A stretch of 64,000 nucleotides of DNA from Candidatus Iainarchaeum sp. (GTDB taxonomy: Archaea; Iainarchaeota; Iainarchaeia; Iainarchaeales; JAAZKV01), in NCBI GenBank assembly GCA_026397015.1, contig JAPLVR010000003.1, positions 283,280-347,279 on the forward strand, read 5' to 3'. The notes beneath the pieces are model-generated. The model was given only the letters and a program-made list of their open reading frames with translations, did not search any database and was not told the origin of the DNA. The position numbers and the translations under genes are program-made. Each line of letters begins with the position of its first letter. The first letter of the stretch is position 1. This document shows positions 39,979 to 50,090 of the stretch, one piece after another.

Positions 39979-42069
39979 TTATGCTGAAAGTTGCCTTGCT
40001 AACTGAAGAGAAACGGCCTTTCCGAATATTGCCTCAACCTTTGAAAGATTTTTCTTAATCTCCGAAGGTTTTGTGATGCCCGCATTGAAAAGCCTTCTCG
40101 CACGCACCCTTCCGATTCCCTTCAACTGCACAAGGGAAAGCAGTTCTTCTTTAACGCCGTACTTCGCGCGGTCGGAAAGCTTTTTTGCCGGAATCAAATG
40201 ATGTTCAAGTCCTAAAACTTTTGAAAGCTCTATTGTTGAATATGCGAGCCATTCAATTATCCGGGTTTTTCCGAAAAGGGTTCCGGGAAGAACGCCATAC
40301 TTTTCAAAAAGCTCCTGCTCGCGCTTTTCCTCAATCCACTGCTCAAGCATCATCGCGGAAAAAAATTTGTTTGTTGATTCGGGTTCGAACAAAAGTTTTT
40401 CCTGCGAAAAGGGCACTTCAAAAAAGCGGGAATTTATTTCCTCCGAAATAATCGGCTCAATTTTTTTAGGGGTATTCAGCCACGGGGAAAATTCCATACA
40501 ATTCGCCCATGCAAAAAGATAGGAAAAAGGGGTGAAAGTTTTTTTGACGCGGAGAGCCCGTATCAGGGAGTAGGCGCTTTCGGGATCGAGGAACAAATCG
40601 GAAACGCGCTTGCCTAATTGAGTGGGCTCGTAGCGGGCCAGCATCGGATTCATGCTTCCGCTCTTTTTTACGAAACCGAATTCCTCCAAATCGTTTATTA
40701 TTCCCATTATTTTTTCAAGGAGTGCAGACATTTCCCCGAATTGCTTTGCGTAAAAGGTTTTTGAGAAAAAAGATCCGGCGCTCTTCAGGTCATAAACATA
40801 ACGTATTGCAACCAAACCCAAAATATGGGTGCGCAAAATAGGGATAATTCCCAGTTGAGAGTTCACCGGTTCGGGCAGGCCGTTGATGTAATCTTCCATG
40901 TACAAATCTTTTTGTGTTTCGCTGTTTGCGAAAACAATGCTTTTTCCTTCCTTTGAAAATTTTGGACGACCTGAACGCCCCGACATCTGCTTGAATTCTC
41001 GAACTGAGATTAGTTCCATTCCGTATTTTTCGAAGCGGTAAAGGCTTGGAATCAATACTATGTCAGCTGGAGAATTTATTCCGGCGGCAAGTGTTGTCGT
41101 GGCAACAATTATTTTTATCAATCCGTTTCTAAAATTTTCTTCCACAAGCGAGCGCTGTTTTTGAATCAGGCCTGCATGGTGGAACGCAATCCCGTTCTTA
41201 ATTGCTTCCCCCAAAGAAATGCACTGTTCGGTGGGCTGCTCCAAAAAAGAAATCGCTTCCAAAGAAATTTTTTCAAGCTTCGGCTTTTCTTTTTCGCACA
41301 ATTTCTTGGACACTGATTCCGACAACTTTTTTGCAGTTGTTTCAGTGCGCTTACGCGCGTTCATAAAAATCAGAATTTGTTTTCCCTGCACAAGCGCGTC
41401 GTCGACAATTTTTTCGAAGTCGCCTTCCTCAACAGAATCATCGTTAAATTCCACAATTTCATTGTAACCCACGCCTTCTTTCAATTTCACCGGACGGAAA
41501 CTGCTTTCCACCAGCTCGGCATCAAGCCAATTCGAAATTTCTTTCGCATTTGGAATGGTGGCGCTCAGTGCCAGGACCTTCAGCTGCGGAATGAGCTGCC
41601 TCAATTGAGTAATCGTTATTTCAAGCACCGGCCCCCTGTCGGAATCAATCTCGTGTATTTCATCAACAATCAGGCAGCCGATTTCTTTCAGCCATTCAGC
41701 ATCGTGCCTTATCAGCGAAGCGAGCTTTTCATACGTGGTGAAAATCACGTCAAACTTTTTCAAATAGGAGCTGCTCGAATCCAAGTCCCCTGTGGAAAGC
41801 GCGAACTTGAGTTCGGAATATTTTTTCTTGAAATCGGAGTAGTGTTCGCTTGCAAGCGCGCGCAACGGACAGGTGTAAATAACTTTTTTTCTGTTGTTGA
41901 ACGCCTGCTCAAGCATAAATAATTCGGCAATAATCGTTTTCCCTGAAGCGGTGGGCGCGGAAACCACTAAATTTTTTTCAAATTTTTTTTCAATGCAAAG
42001 TTTCTGCATTTCGTTGAAATCAGAAAAACCGTTTGCTTCAAGCACCCTTTTTGCAACATCGATTTTCAT
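39979..42069 (-). CDS. hel308: Ski2-like DNA helicase Hel308 (Hjm)
   Basis: APTASGKT, DEIH, LSAT, FHHAGL, TLAAGIN.PA, QMSGRSGRP and C-terminal HhH GIGRVRAR. Confidence 0.95.
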   Translation of the reverse strand: MKIDVAKRVLEANGFSDFNEMQKLCIEKKFEKNLVVSAPTASGKTIIAELFMLEQAFNNRKKVIYTCPLRALASEHYSDFKKKYSELKFALSTGDLDSSSSYLKKFDVIFTTYEKLASLIRHDAEWLKEIGCLIVDEIHEIDSDRGPVLEITITQLRQLIPQLKVLALSATIPNAKEISNWLDAELVESSFRPVKLKEGVGYNEIVEFNDDSVEEGDFEKIVDDALVQGKQILIFMNARKRTETTAKKLSESVSKKLCEKEKPKLEKISLEAISFLEQPTEQCISLGEAIKNGIAFHHAGLIQKQRSLVEENFRNGLIKIIVATTTLAAGINSPADIVLIPSLYRFEKYGMELISVREFKQMSGRSGRPKFSKEGKSIVFANSETQKDLYMEDYINGLPEPVNSQLGIIPILRTHILGLVAIRYVYDLKSAGSFFSKTFYAKQFGEMSALLEKIMGIINDLEEFGFVKKSGSMNPMLARYEPTQLGKRVSDLFLDPESAYSLIRALRVKKTFTPFSYLFAWANCMEFSPWLNTPKKIEPIISEEINSRFFEVPFSQEKLLFEPESTNKFFSAMMLEQWIEEKREQELFEKYGVLPGTLFGKTRIIEWLAYSTIELSKVLGLEHHLIPAKKLSDRAKYGVKEELLSLVQLKGIGRVRARRLFNAGITKPSEIKKNLSKVEAIFGKAVSLQLARQLSA

Positions 42070-42087
42070 CAAACCAGCTTCCAAAAA

Positions 42088-42915
42088 TCAGAAATAAAAT
42101 TTTTTTATCTGGGCGCGGACAATTTCCTCGTCCCCGGGATTTGTTACCCCAAACCACTTATCACGGGTTTCAATTTTTTTCAACGAAATATTTTTTCTTT
42201 CAACTAATGCTCCGACTGAATTTGAAATGGCTGTTTCCGCGTTCTGGTCGTCTTTGTTGGCTTCCTTGAAGTCGACCAAAATTTTTTCAAAGAGCCCTAA
42301 AATTTCCGGCTGGAAACCAAAAATAAGCATGTTTGTCAGAGAGTTTTCGCTCAATCCGCTTTCTTTTAAATTCGATTTTTCTATGCCAAAAAATTCTTTT
42401 ACTTCAACAATATTTCCTTTCGCATCCGCAAAAATTATTCCCCTGTTCACTTTCCCATTTTCAGGAATGACATCGCCTAACCTGTGAACTACTGCTGCAT
42501 TGGATTTATTTTTCGAAAGGAAGTCATAAAGCAACTTGAAAGTTTTTTCCCCGTAAATGTCGTCGCCTGTGCAGACGACAAAAGATTCTTTTATGTTTTC
42601 CTTTGCGGAAAGCATAGCATCAAGCGTGCCCCAAGGCTTTCCTCTCTTTGAATGGTCGAATGTTTGTTTCGCGTAAAAAACCGGCACACCCTTGTAATTG
42701 TTCCCGAATTTTTCCTTGAAAGGCTTTTCGGTTTTTTCGCCCACGACGAAAATTATTTTGCCAAACGGTGATTTCAATGCCTGGTTGAGGGAAAACTCAA
42801 TCAGTGTTTCCCCACTCGGCCCGACGCGCGCGAACTGCTTCATCCTGCCGCCGAAGCGGCTTGAAACGCCTGCGACCAAAAAAACAAGCGCAACTCCCTT
42901 CCCCAAATTGAACAC
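42088..42915 (-). CDS. Sugar-phosphate nucleotidyltransferase (NTP transferase family)
   Basis: AGVSSRFGG.MKQ..VGPSGETL, KPWGT..A, GDDIYG and WFGVT.P.D. Confidence 0.88.
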   Translation of the reverse strand: MFNLGKGVALVFLVAGVSSRFGGRMKQFARVGPSGETLIEFSLNQALKSPFGKIIFVVGEKTEKPFKEKFGNNYKGVPVFYAKQTFDHSKRGKPWGTLDAMLSAKENIKESFVVCTGDDIYGEKTFKLLYDFLSKNKSNAAVVHRLGDVIPENGKVNRGIIFADAKGNIVEVKEFFGIEKSNLKESGLSENSLTNMLIFGFQPEILGLFEKILVDFKEANKDDQNAETAISNSVGALVERKNISLKKIETRDKWFGVTNPGDEEIVRAQIKKFYF

Positions 42916-43010
42916 CGATACAAATTAATATTGCAAAAGAATTTTTGAAGGAAAATGTTTATGAAACCCCCTCAATGGACTGTAACTTCTGCTCCCGCCC
43001 ACCTAAAAAT

Positions 43011-43229
43011 TTAATCCTCTTTCAGGGAAGCGAATTCGAAAGCCTTTTGAAGCGCAAGAATCGCTTTCGGCAAATCATTCATTCGGAAGGAATTGGTTTT
43101 TTTCCACTCTTCGCCTTTCTTGTAGCTGCGCTCAATCGTTGTTGTAAAAAACTTGTCCCCTTTTTTGGACTCGTTCTCCCAAACTGCCACATCAATTGTT
43201 CCAATCTTCAATTTTTTCACCGGCTTCAC
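43011..43229 (-). CDS. Small protein, putative PC4/Whirly-like ssDNA-binding fold
   Basis: GTG 43229 after GAGGTG; 72 aa KPVKKLKIGTIDVAVWEN..TTTIERSYKKGEEWKKTNSF..DLPK (beta-hairpins with exposed aromatics, then a helix). Confidence 0.6.
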   Translation of the reverse strand: MKPVKKLKIGTIDVAVWENESKKGDKFFTTTIERSYKKGEEWKKTNSFRMNDLPKAILALQKAFEFASLKED

Positions 43230-43373
43230 AAAAACACCTCTCGCAGAAATTGAATCTGCAAAATAATTGCGAGAGTTTTTGTTTTTAAATGCAGAGCCAG
43301 CATCCGTGCCGGTGGAAAAAAATTTATCCAAAAAAATTGGGAAAAAAAGAAGTAAAAATTTATGGAAAAAAAA

Positions 43374-44015
43374 TTATTCTCTCGCCCATCTCTGGATTTC
43401 TTTCAAGGCTTTTTCGGTTTTTTCTATTTCCAAAACTTTTTTTTCAAGGCTGTCGATTTCTTTCTGCGATGCCGCCATCCTGAAACCCTGCAAATCATCG
43501 GCATACCTTGCAACCTTCTTGTTTTTTCTGTAGGCGATTGAAGTGCTTACTGTTTCCGTAAGCTGTTTTCTGTAATCCAAATCCGTTACGAACATTTTCA
43601 CCATCGGTTTCCAGCGGTCATCGCCGACAAGATGCGCGGGCAGCTTTACTTTTTCAGCGTCCTTTTTGTAATCGGAGTCGGAAAGGACTTTTGCCATGTG
43701 CTGCCAGTAAAGCGGCTCCTTCAGTTTTTTTAACTGCTGAATCTGGTGGTAAAGAGAAGCGGAAGCGTATTTCAGCCTCCAATCGCCAAGCTTGCCGGAA
43801 TAAATTTTTTTCTTGTCACGCAACTCTTTTATTTTTCTGTCAAGAACCAAATAGCTCGGATAGGTTAGCTTCGGCCACTTGCCACCAATGTCGTATGCTT
43901 TTATCACGCCGCCGGAAGAAAAGTATTCTTTTAATGCGTCCTTCCTTTCGCCCTTTTTCGGGAGTTTTGGAAACGTCTTGTCAAAGCTCTCCAAAGAGGC
44001 AATTACTTTATCCAT
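43374..44015 (-). CDS. Hypothetical basic helical protein
   Basis: 213-codon ORF with host-like codon usage; no motif recognised. Confidence 0.75.
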   Translation of the reverse strand: MDKVIASLESFDKTFPKLPKKGERKDALKEYFSSGGVIKAYDIGGKWPKLTYPSYLVLDRKIKELRDKKKIYSGKLGDWRLKYASASLYHQIQQLKKLKEPLYWQHMAKVLSDSDYKKDAEKVKLPAHLVGDDRWKPMVKMFVTDLDYRKQLTETVSTSIAYRKNKKVARYADDLQGFRMAASQKEIDSLEKKVLEIEKTEKALKEIQRWARE

Positions 44016-44146
44016 AAAATCACAATAGGCTCAACCAGCAAATTTCATATTAGCAAGTTTTTGATTATAATAGAGAGCAGGGCTAATATTTAAAATATGC
44101 TACTTGAAAGTATTTATTAGAAGGTTAATTATCTAGGTGATTTTTT

Positions 44147-44482
44147 TTGTTTCCGGGCGGAATAAATCCGAAGCAGATGGGAAAAATGATGCGGCAAATG
44201 GGCATCAAGAGCGAGGATCTAGAAGCGGAAGAGATAGTAATAAAATTGAAGAACGGAAAAAAACTTATTTTCAAAGAGCCGCAGGTTCAAAGCATCGAAA
44301 TGCAGGGAACGAAAACCTATACGGTAATTGGAAATCCTTCGGAGGAAAGCGGCGTTCCTGAGGAAGATGTGAAGATGGTTGCGGAGCAAACCGGTGCTTC
44401 AAAAGAAAAAGCAAAAAAGGCTTTGGAAGAAAGCAACGGGAATATTGCGGAAGCGATAATGAAATTAAAGGAAAAAGAGTAG
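44147..44482 (+). CDS. nac: Nascent polypeptide-associated complex protein
   Basis: NPKQM.KMMRQMGI, and UBA EDVKMVAEQTG.S...A.KAL....GNIAEAI. Confidence 0.95.
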   Translation: MFPGGINPKQMGKMMRQMGIKSEDLEAEEIVIKLKNGKKLIFKEPQVQSIEMQGTKTYTVIGNPSEESGVPEEDVKMVAEQTGASKEKAKKALEESNGNIAEAIMKLKEKE

Positions 44483-44582
44483 TTAGTGTGAACTAAATTG
44501 TTCAGAAAATTAATTAGCTCGAATCAAATCCAACAAAAAAGTAATTCGCACAAATTAGGCTAATTTTTGAAAATAAAAAAAA

Positions 44583-46700
44583 TTACTCGGGCGGGCGGAC
44601 CTTCCAAATAAATCCTGTTCTGGACGTGAAATTTGTGTCATCAAATGAAGCATCACTACTCCATGCCTCTCCGACTATATACACATAACCTGAAGAATCA
44701 AGCGCGATTCCATTAGGGTAATCAGAATCTGCTCCGCCGCCCTGTTTCGCCCAGTCCAGATTGCCGCTGGAATCAAACTTTGCGACGAGCACATCAAACG
44801 AACCGTACGCTCCAAATTGTTCTTCTCCTCCGATTGTAAGCGTTCCTGCGAATCCGTACGTTACATACACGTTCTCAGAAGAATCGACTGCAAGTGATTT
44901 TGTACCCCCGCCATAGGTTAGCATGCCGATCAATAAATCCGAATCCATTACTTTTGCCCACTGCCAGTTTCCAGAACTGTCAAGCTTTGCCAAAAACATG
45001 GCTTTGCCGCCATCGGAAGAGCTTATCTCGATACTGCCGAAAGTCGCCGTTTCGGTGAATTGCCCGAGAACATATACTCCGCCTGATTCCCCGACAACGA
45101 CATCATACACCGAACCGGCAGAGGCCTGCGCAACCCACCCCCAATTGCCATCAGTATTAATTTTTCCAACAAAAACACTGCCATCATAGGCATTCAAGTC
45201 AAACGCATCAAACAGCACACTATCGCCAAAAGTGCCCGTTACATATAAGTTGCCTGAACTGTCTATGTCAATGCTCACGCCCCCATCAACAGACACTCCG
45301 CCATCCCTTCTTGCCCAAACCCAGTTGCCATCAGAATCAAGTTTTGAGACAAAAATATCTCTGTCATCTTCGCCTTCAACAGCCAGCAAATTTGTATCCC
45401 CGAATAATGCATTGGGCCCAAAAGTTCCAGTTAAATAAGTATTGCCGGAAGCGTCAACAACACACTTGCCGCCATATACGCCGTGGTTTGCAAACAAATA
45501 TGAGCCGACATAGGGGTTTCTTCCCGACTGCTCTGCCCACAGCCAATTTCCACCAGAATTTAATGTAGCCGAATATATGTCCGTAACATCGTCTTCGTAA
45601 GCTTGCAACATCACACCATCGAAAAATGCCGATCCATAAAATCCACCGCAAGTATGTATTTTGCTTGATGAATCAACCTGCGGCCTGCTAGAAACAACAC
45701 TTTCATTTGTCCCATACGAAGTATTTGCCCACACCCAGTTGCTTCCGTTACTATCAAGTTTTGCTATCGCGGCACCCTGATCACACGCTGGATCTGTATG
45801 GGTTGCGGTCAGATTGATGCTCCCGAATGACATTGAATCAGTATATGTTGCAGTCACGAAAATATTGCCGCTTGAATCAACAAACACTCCGTTTCCGGTG
45901 CCATCAAAACCTTTCGCAAAATAAATCGGTGGCGCAGGTGCGGCATACGTTACGCTCCACGGCCCGTTGTTGCTGTCCGCCCAATTATTGTTGCCGTCAA
46001 TACAATTAACATTCCACTCATAAACCCCTTCTTCGCCGAACGAAACGCTAAAAGAATCAAAAGGCGCGCTGGAATCCGTTTGGTCAACAACTCCGCCAAT
46101 AATAAGCTTACAATTCGAAACCCCTACATCATCACTCACAAAATAAACAAAATTAACATCCCCGTCCTCATCAACACTCTCATCCGAAGGAGAAACCAAA
46201 GAAACAACTGGCGAAGTCACATCTATAAAAACATCAGGAGTACAATTCACAACAAACTCGCCCGACCCTGCAATGATTTTGGTAAGTCCATGCTGGTCAA
46301 TGTAAATAATATTTATTTTGTAGCCGTGCTCGTTGCCTGTGCAGGCAGGCAAATTGGAAACGCTTATTGCTGCATCGCTGCCCACAGGAACCTTTGTGAT
46401 TGTAAGGTTTTTGTCCTCGCCGTCAATATTTACGCCAACAATTGTTATATCATCTGCGCTATTATTACTAAACTTGAAAATTGCATCCCCCTTGGAATCA
46501 GCAACAGATTCAACAATACTCACATCCTGCGAAGACCAAACCAACTGAGAATTATCCTTCGTAAGCCCTGGAGCAGAATCAATAAAACCAGAAATCAAAG
46601 AAATAACAACCAAACTTATGACAACTATTATCGCCAAAAGAACCACATATTCAATCGTTCCCTGGGCGCGCACCGGCCTTCCTCCACTCATTTTACGCAT
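44583..46700 (-). CDS. Class III signal peptide (pilin-like) protein with Ig-like domain and SBBP-type beta-propeller
   Basis: RAQG/TIEY plus hydrophobic helix; repeats of VDSSGN.YVTG.F..FV.KLDS.GNW.WA. Confidence 0.88.
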   Translation of the reverse strand: MRKMSGGRPVRAQGTIEYVVLLAIIVVISLVVISLISGFIDSAPGLTKDNSQLVWSSQDVSIVESVADSKGDAIFKFSNNSADDITIVGVNIDGEDKNLTITKVPVGSDAAISVSNLPACTGNEHGYKINIIYIDQHGLTKIIAGSGEFVVNCTPDVFIDVTSPVVSLVSPSDESVDEDGDVNFVYFVSDDVGVSNCKLIIGGVVDQTDSSAPFDSFSVSFGEEGVYEWNVNCIDGNNNWADSNNGPWSVTYAAPAPPIYFAKGFDGTGNGVFVDSSGNIFVTATYTDSMSFGSINLTATHTDPACDQGAAIAKLDSNGSNWVWANTSYGTNESVVSSRPQVDSSSKIHTCGGFYGSAFFDGVMLQAYEDDVTDIYSATLNSGGNWLWAEQSGRNPYVGSYLFANHGVYGGKCVVDASGNTYLTGTFGPNALFGDTNLLAVEGEDDRDIFVSKLDSDGNWVWARRDGGVSVDGGVSIDIDSSGNLYVTGTFGDSVLFDAFDLNAYDGSVFVGKINTDGNWGWVAQASAGSVYDVVVGESGGVYVLGQFTETATFGSIEISSSDGGKAMFLAKLDSSGNWQWAKVMDSDLLIGMLTYGGGTKSLAVDSSENVYVTYGFAGTLTIGGEEQFGAYGSFDVLVAKFDSSGNLDWAKQGGGADSDYPNGIALDSSGYVYIVGEAWSSDASFDDTNFTSRTGFIWKVRPPE

Positions 46701-46840
46701 AAAAATCAATTGGCGGCGTTCATCGCTTAACAATTAGAAGGCGTTATTGTTTATATTATTATCTTGACCATTTTTCCAACGCGCATAGTATAGAATATAG
46801 GTTTCACTGTGTGTCATAAGACCGAACATGCCGTAGCGCC

Positions 46841-48208
46841 TTATTCGCTTTCCTCGCCGGAAATTCCGGAAATTTTTTCCCTTTGAACCGTGAGGGTGAG
46901 AAGAAGATTCAGGCCATCACCTATTTTGTGGCCGGGATTCACTATTGCGGTGAAGCTCCCCTTTTCAAAAGGAAGCTCCTTTCCAAACGAATTAACCATT
47001 AGGCCGTTCATGTCGAAATTCGCGTCCTGTTTCAATGAAACGGAAAAGCCTTTTGAGGAAAGAATCGTTTCAAGTACGCCTGCATTTTCGGAAGAGAGAA
47101 TTTCGCCGAAGACAACCTCTTTTGGATACGAAATTTGAATTGCTGCATTTTTGCCCTTGAAATAATTTCGAATTGAGGAAATAATGGAATCGATTTTTTC
47201 TTTCTGGAAACCTGCTGAAATCGAATTGTCTTCGCCCGCTTCCGCCGAGGAAACGCCTGCAAAACCCTTAATCATATCGATGTCAGAAGAAGACACTGTG
47301 TAATTTTTGTCAACCGAAATTGTTAGGGAATTTTGAAGGGAAAAAATTGCAGGCCGCGCATTTACGCCGGCGGCGACCAATTGTGATTTCAACGCATTTT
47401 CATCGACATAAGAATTCAAATCTCTTTCGCCTTCATATGAAATTTTTTCCCCGAGAGAAATTATGTTTAATGAAGCGTTTTGGGAAAAATCTTTTGATGA
47501 ACCTGTATTGTTTGAGGACTCGAGCAGCTCGGCATTAACAAGGGTTTTTCCCTGCAGCTGAATCGTGCCGCCGACAACGATTGAATCATTCGGAATCGTT
47601 GAAAGTTCAACCCACGCCGTTTGCGCCTTTCCTTCAAAAGAAAAATTCACGTCCATATTTAGGTCTGTGTTGCGCAGAATCATCGGTTCCTTCGGAACGG
47701 AAATTGTAACGCTTTTCTTTACCTCATATGTTCCCTGTTCGCCGGAAAAAAAGCCCGATGCGAGAATTTTTTCTGCCACCGCGCTTGGAGAAGCATTTTT
47801 CTCTATTGAAATTTCGGCGAAGTAAACCCACTCGCCTTCCGGAAAGCCCGTTTGTGTTTTGAAATTTGAAATTGAAACGGACTTAACGCCGTCTATTCCT
47901 TTCACAAACTTGTCGATTTTGTAGATATCGGATTCCTCTGTAATCGCGGCAAATCTGACGAAGTTGAGTTCCTTCAAAACAGTTGTTTCAAAACTGGCGG
48001 TATAATTGAATTTTGATGTTTCAACAGTTGTTGGCGTTTCTTCCTGATTATTTTTGTTTGCATTCTTTTCGGTTGAAAGGATGGCTCCCGCTATCATGCT
48101 GCCGCCCATTACGACTACAACGAGGATGCCGAGCGCCTGCAACATCTTTTCTTTTTTCTTTTCGTCCAATTCAACCACTTCAGAACAACCTTTAAAAAGA
48201 TTCCACAA
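46841..48208 (-). CDS. Hypothetical membrane-anchored extracellular protein
   Basis: Single N-terminal TM after a Lys-rich segment; start probably internal. Confidence 0.75.
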   Translation of the reverse strand: MWNLFKGCSEVVELDEKKKEKMLQALGILVVVVMGGSMIAGAILSTEKNANKNNQEETPTTVETSKFNYTASFETTVLKELNFVRFAAITEESDIYKIDKFVKGIDGVKSVSISNFKTQTGFPEGEWVYFAEISIEKNASPSAVAEKILASGFFSGEQGTYEVKKSVTISVPKEPMILRNTDLNMDVNFSFEGKAQTAWVELSTIPNDSIVVGGTIQLQGKTLVNAELLESSNNTGSSKDFSQNASLNIISLGEKISYEGERDLNSYVDENALKSQLVAAGVNARPAIFSLQNSLTISVDKNYTVSSSDIDMIKGFAGVSSAEAGEDNSISAGFQKEKIDSIISSIRNYFKGKNAAIQISYPKEVVFGEILSSENAGVLETILSSKGFSVSLKQDANFDMNGLMVNSFGKELPFEKGSFTAIVNPGHKIGDGLNLLLTLTVQREKISGISGEESE

Positions 48209-48312
48209 CCCAATCCTGCAATCGGCTGATTTATTTTTAATTTGGAAAGGATTATAAAACGTGGGAATTACAGCGGGTGTTTGGGTTGGAAACCGAAAAA
48301 GAAAAAATTAAA

Positions 48313-49098
48313 ATGAATAAAAAAATGGTGAAAATAAATTTTACCGGAAGGGAGCTTACCACCCAAAGCATATTTGATACTACCATAGAGAAGGAAGCGA
48401 AGGAAGCTGAAATTTTTGATGAAAAAAGAAAGTATGGCGGGATAACTGTAATCCTCGGCGAAAAGGAAATGCTGCCCCTTGTTGAGAAAGAGCTTGAAAC
48501 CATGAAAAATGGGGAGGAGAGAGTTGTTAAAATCGGGCCGAAAGACGGCTTCGGGGAAAGAAAAACCGACTTGGTAAGGGTAATGCCGATTCTTGATTTT
48601 CAAAAACAAAAGTTGAATCCTTTTCCTGGAATGCTGATAAGGGCGGAGCAGTACATCGGAAAGGTGCAAAGTGTAAGCGGAGGAAGGGTGCGTGTCGATT
48701 TCAATCATCCGCTTGCAGGGCGCGAACTGGAATACAGAATAAAACTGGAGGAAGAAGTGAAGGGCAAGGAAAAAATCTGCGAAGAAATTTTTGAAAAATA
48801 TTATTCGATGGTTCCGGGCGCAAAAAAAGAAATCAAAGATGAAAGCTTATACATAACAATTCCTTCTCCCCTTTACAAAAATTTGGAGGGAGTAAATAAA
48901 AGCGTTGAAACTCTTGGAAAAGAAATGGGAATAAAAATTTCATTTGCAGAGGGGAAGGAAAAGCCGGCAGAAGCAAAAAAGGATGAGGGGAAAACTAAAA
49001 AAGAAAAGGCATCCGAAAAAAAATCGAGAAATAAAAAATTGTTGGGAAAAGAACCAAAAAAAGAAAAAAAGGCCGAAGAAGAAAAGGGCGAGAAATAG
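48313..49098 (+). CDS. FKBP-type peptidyl-prolyl isomerase (SlyD-like, archaeal long form)
   Basis: FDTT, P.DGFGER and GRVRVDFNHPLAG.EL. Confidence 0.92.
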   Translation: MNKKMVKINFTGRELTTQSIFDTTIEKEAKEAEIFDEKRKYGGITVILGEKEMLPLVEKELETMKNGEERVVKIGPKDGFGERKTDLVRVMPILDFQKQKLNPFPGMLIRAEQYIGKVQSVSGGRVRVDFNHPLAGRELEYRIKLEEEVKGKEKICEEIFEKYYSMVPGAKKEIKDESLYITIPSPLYKNLEGVNKSVETLGKEMGIKISFAEGKEKPAEAKKDEGKTKKEKASEKKSRNKKLLGKEPKKEKKAEEEKGEK

Positions 49099-49163
49099 CT
49101 TTTTAAAGGTTTCACTAGCCAAATCTGATATTAGAGCTAATTGCGAATTCTTTCTGTGATAAA

Positions 49164-49904
49164 ATGAATTATTATAGGGAAGCAGAGGGGCTGCCAATAA
49201 GCCTCATAAGTGAAAGGGCACAATTCAATCCGCCGAGAGGGGCGATAAGTGCGACAAACGCGAACAGCCACCAAGATGACAGGAAAAGCGGAACGACCAC
49301 GCTTGGATTGGCGGGAAAGGATTTTGTTGTTCTTGCCGCGGACCAAAGGGGGGTAATGGGAAACATTGCAACCGAAGCGAATGTGCCGAAAATTTATCCG
49401 ATAACAAAATACGTTGCAGTAACTGTAGCGGGCGCAGTCGGAGACGCGCTGGCAGTGATAAGGTTTTTGAAGGCACAGGCGAATTTGTACGAAATCGAGA
49501 GGGGAACAAAAATGACTCCGAAAGCGTTGACAACGCTGCTCTCAAATGTGCTTAACAATAACAGGTATTACCCTTTTATTTTCCAGCCGATAATTGCGGG
49601 TTTTGTGAAGGTGCCTGACATTTATGAAGCGACCCCTTACGGCTGCGTGGTTCAAAAAGACGATTACGCGATAACGGGTTCGGGAACAACATTCGCAATG
49701 ACGACGCTTGATTCCGAATACAAAAAAGGGATGACAAAAGAAGAGGCGATTGCGCTCGCTGTGAAGGCGGTAAGCGCGGCAAAGCACAGGGATATTTACA
49801 GCGGCGGAGAGAGCGTAACAGTTGCTGTGATCGATGCTAACGGGTATAGAGAAATTGACAGAAAAGAGATTGACAAAATAATACAGAAGCTGAAATTCAA
49901 CTAA
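49164..49904 (+). CDS. psmB: Proteasome beta subunit
   Basis: Propeptide then G/TTTLG, VVLAAD.R, AGAVGDA, TGSG and RDIYSG. Confidence 0.95.
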   Translation: MNYYREAEGLPISLISERAQFNPPRGAISATNANSHQDDRKSGTTTLGLAGKDFVVLAADQRGVMGNIATEANVPKIYPITKYVAVTVAGAVGDALAVIRFLKAQANLYEIERGTKMTPKALTTLLSNVLNNNRYYPFIFQPIIAGFVKVPDIYEATPYGCVVQKDDYAITGSGTTFAMTTLDSEYKKGMTKEEAIALAVKAVSAAKHRDIYSGGESVTVAVIDANGYREIDRKEIDKIIQKLKFN

Positions 49905-49973
49905 TTAAAAAATTGCGAAGCAAACAAGCGGCAAACTTAAAGAATTTTTTTGCGGACACGCAAATTAACTTAA

Positions 49974-50081
49974 TTGATTTAACAAACTGGATTACCAAAA
50001 TTTATTTAACAAATTAGATTACCGAAGTTGATTTAACAAATTGAATCATCAAAATTTATTTAACAAATTGAACAACTGAAA
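49974..50081. repeat. Four imperfect 27-bp tandem repeats in the psmB-aCPSF1 spacer
   Basis: TTGATTTAACAAACTGGATTACCAAAA / TTTATTTAACAAATTAGATTACCGAAG / TTGATTTAACAAATTGAATCATCAAAA / TTTATTTAACAAATTGAACAACTGAAA. Confidence 0.85.
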
Positions 50082-50090
50082 TTGATTTTT

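Noticed and set aside
49974-50081. Possible CRISPR array
   Set aside because: Units are contiguous 27-mers with no unique spacers of CRISPR length, and no cas genes are in the window
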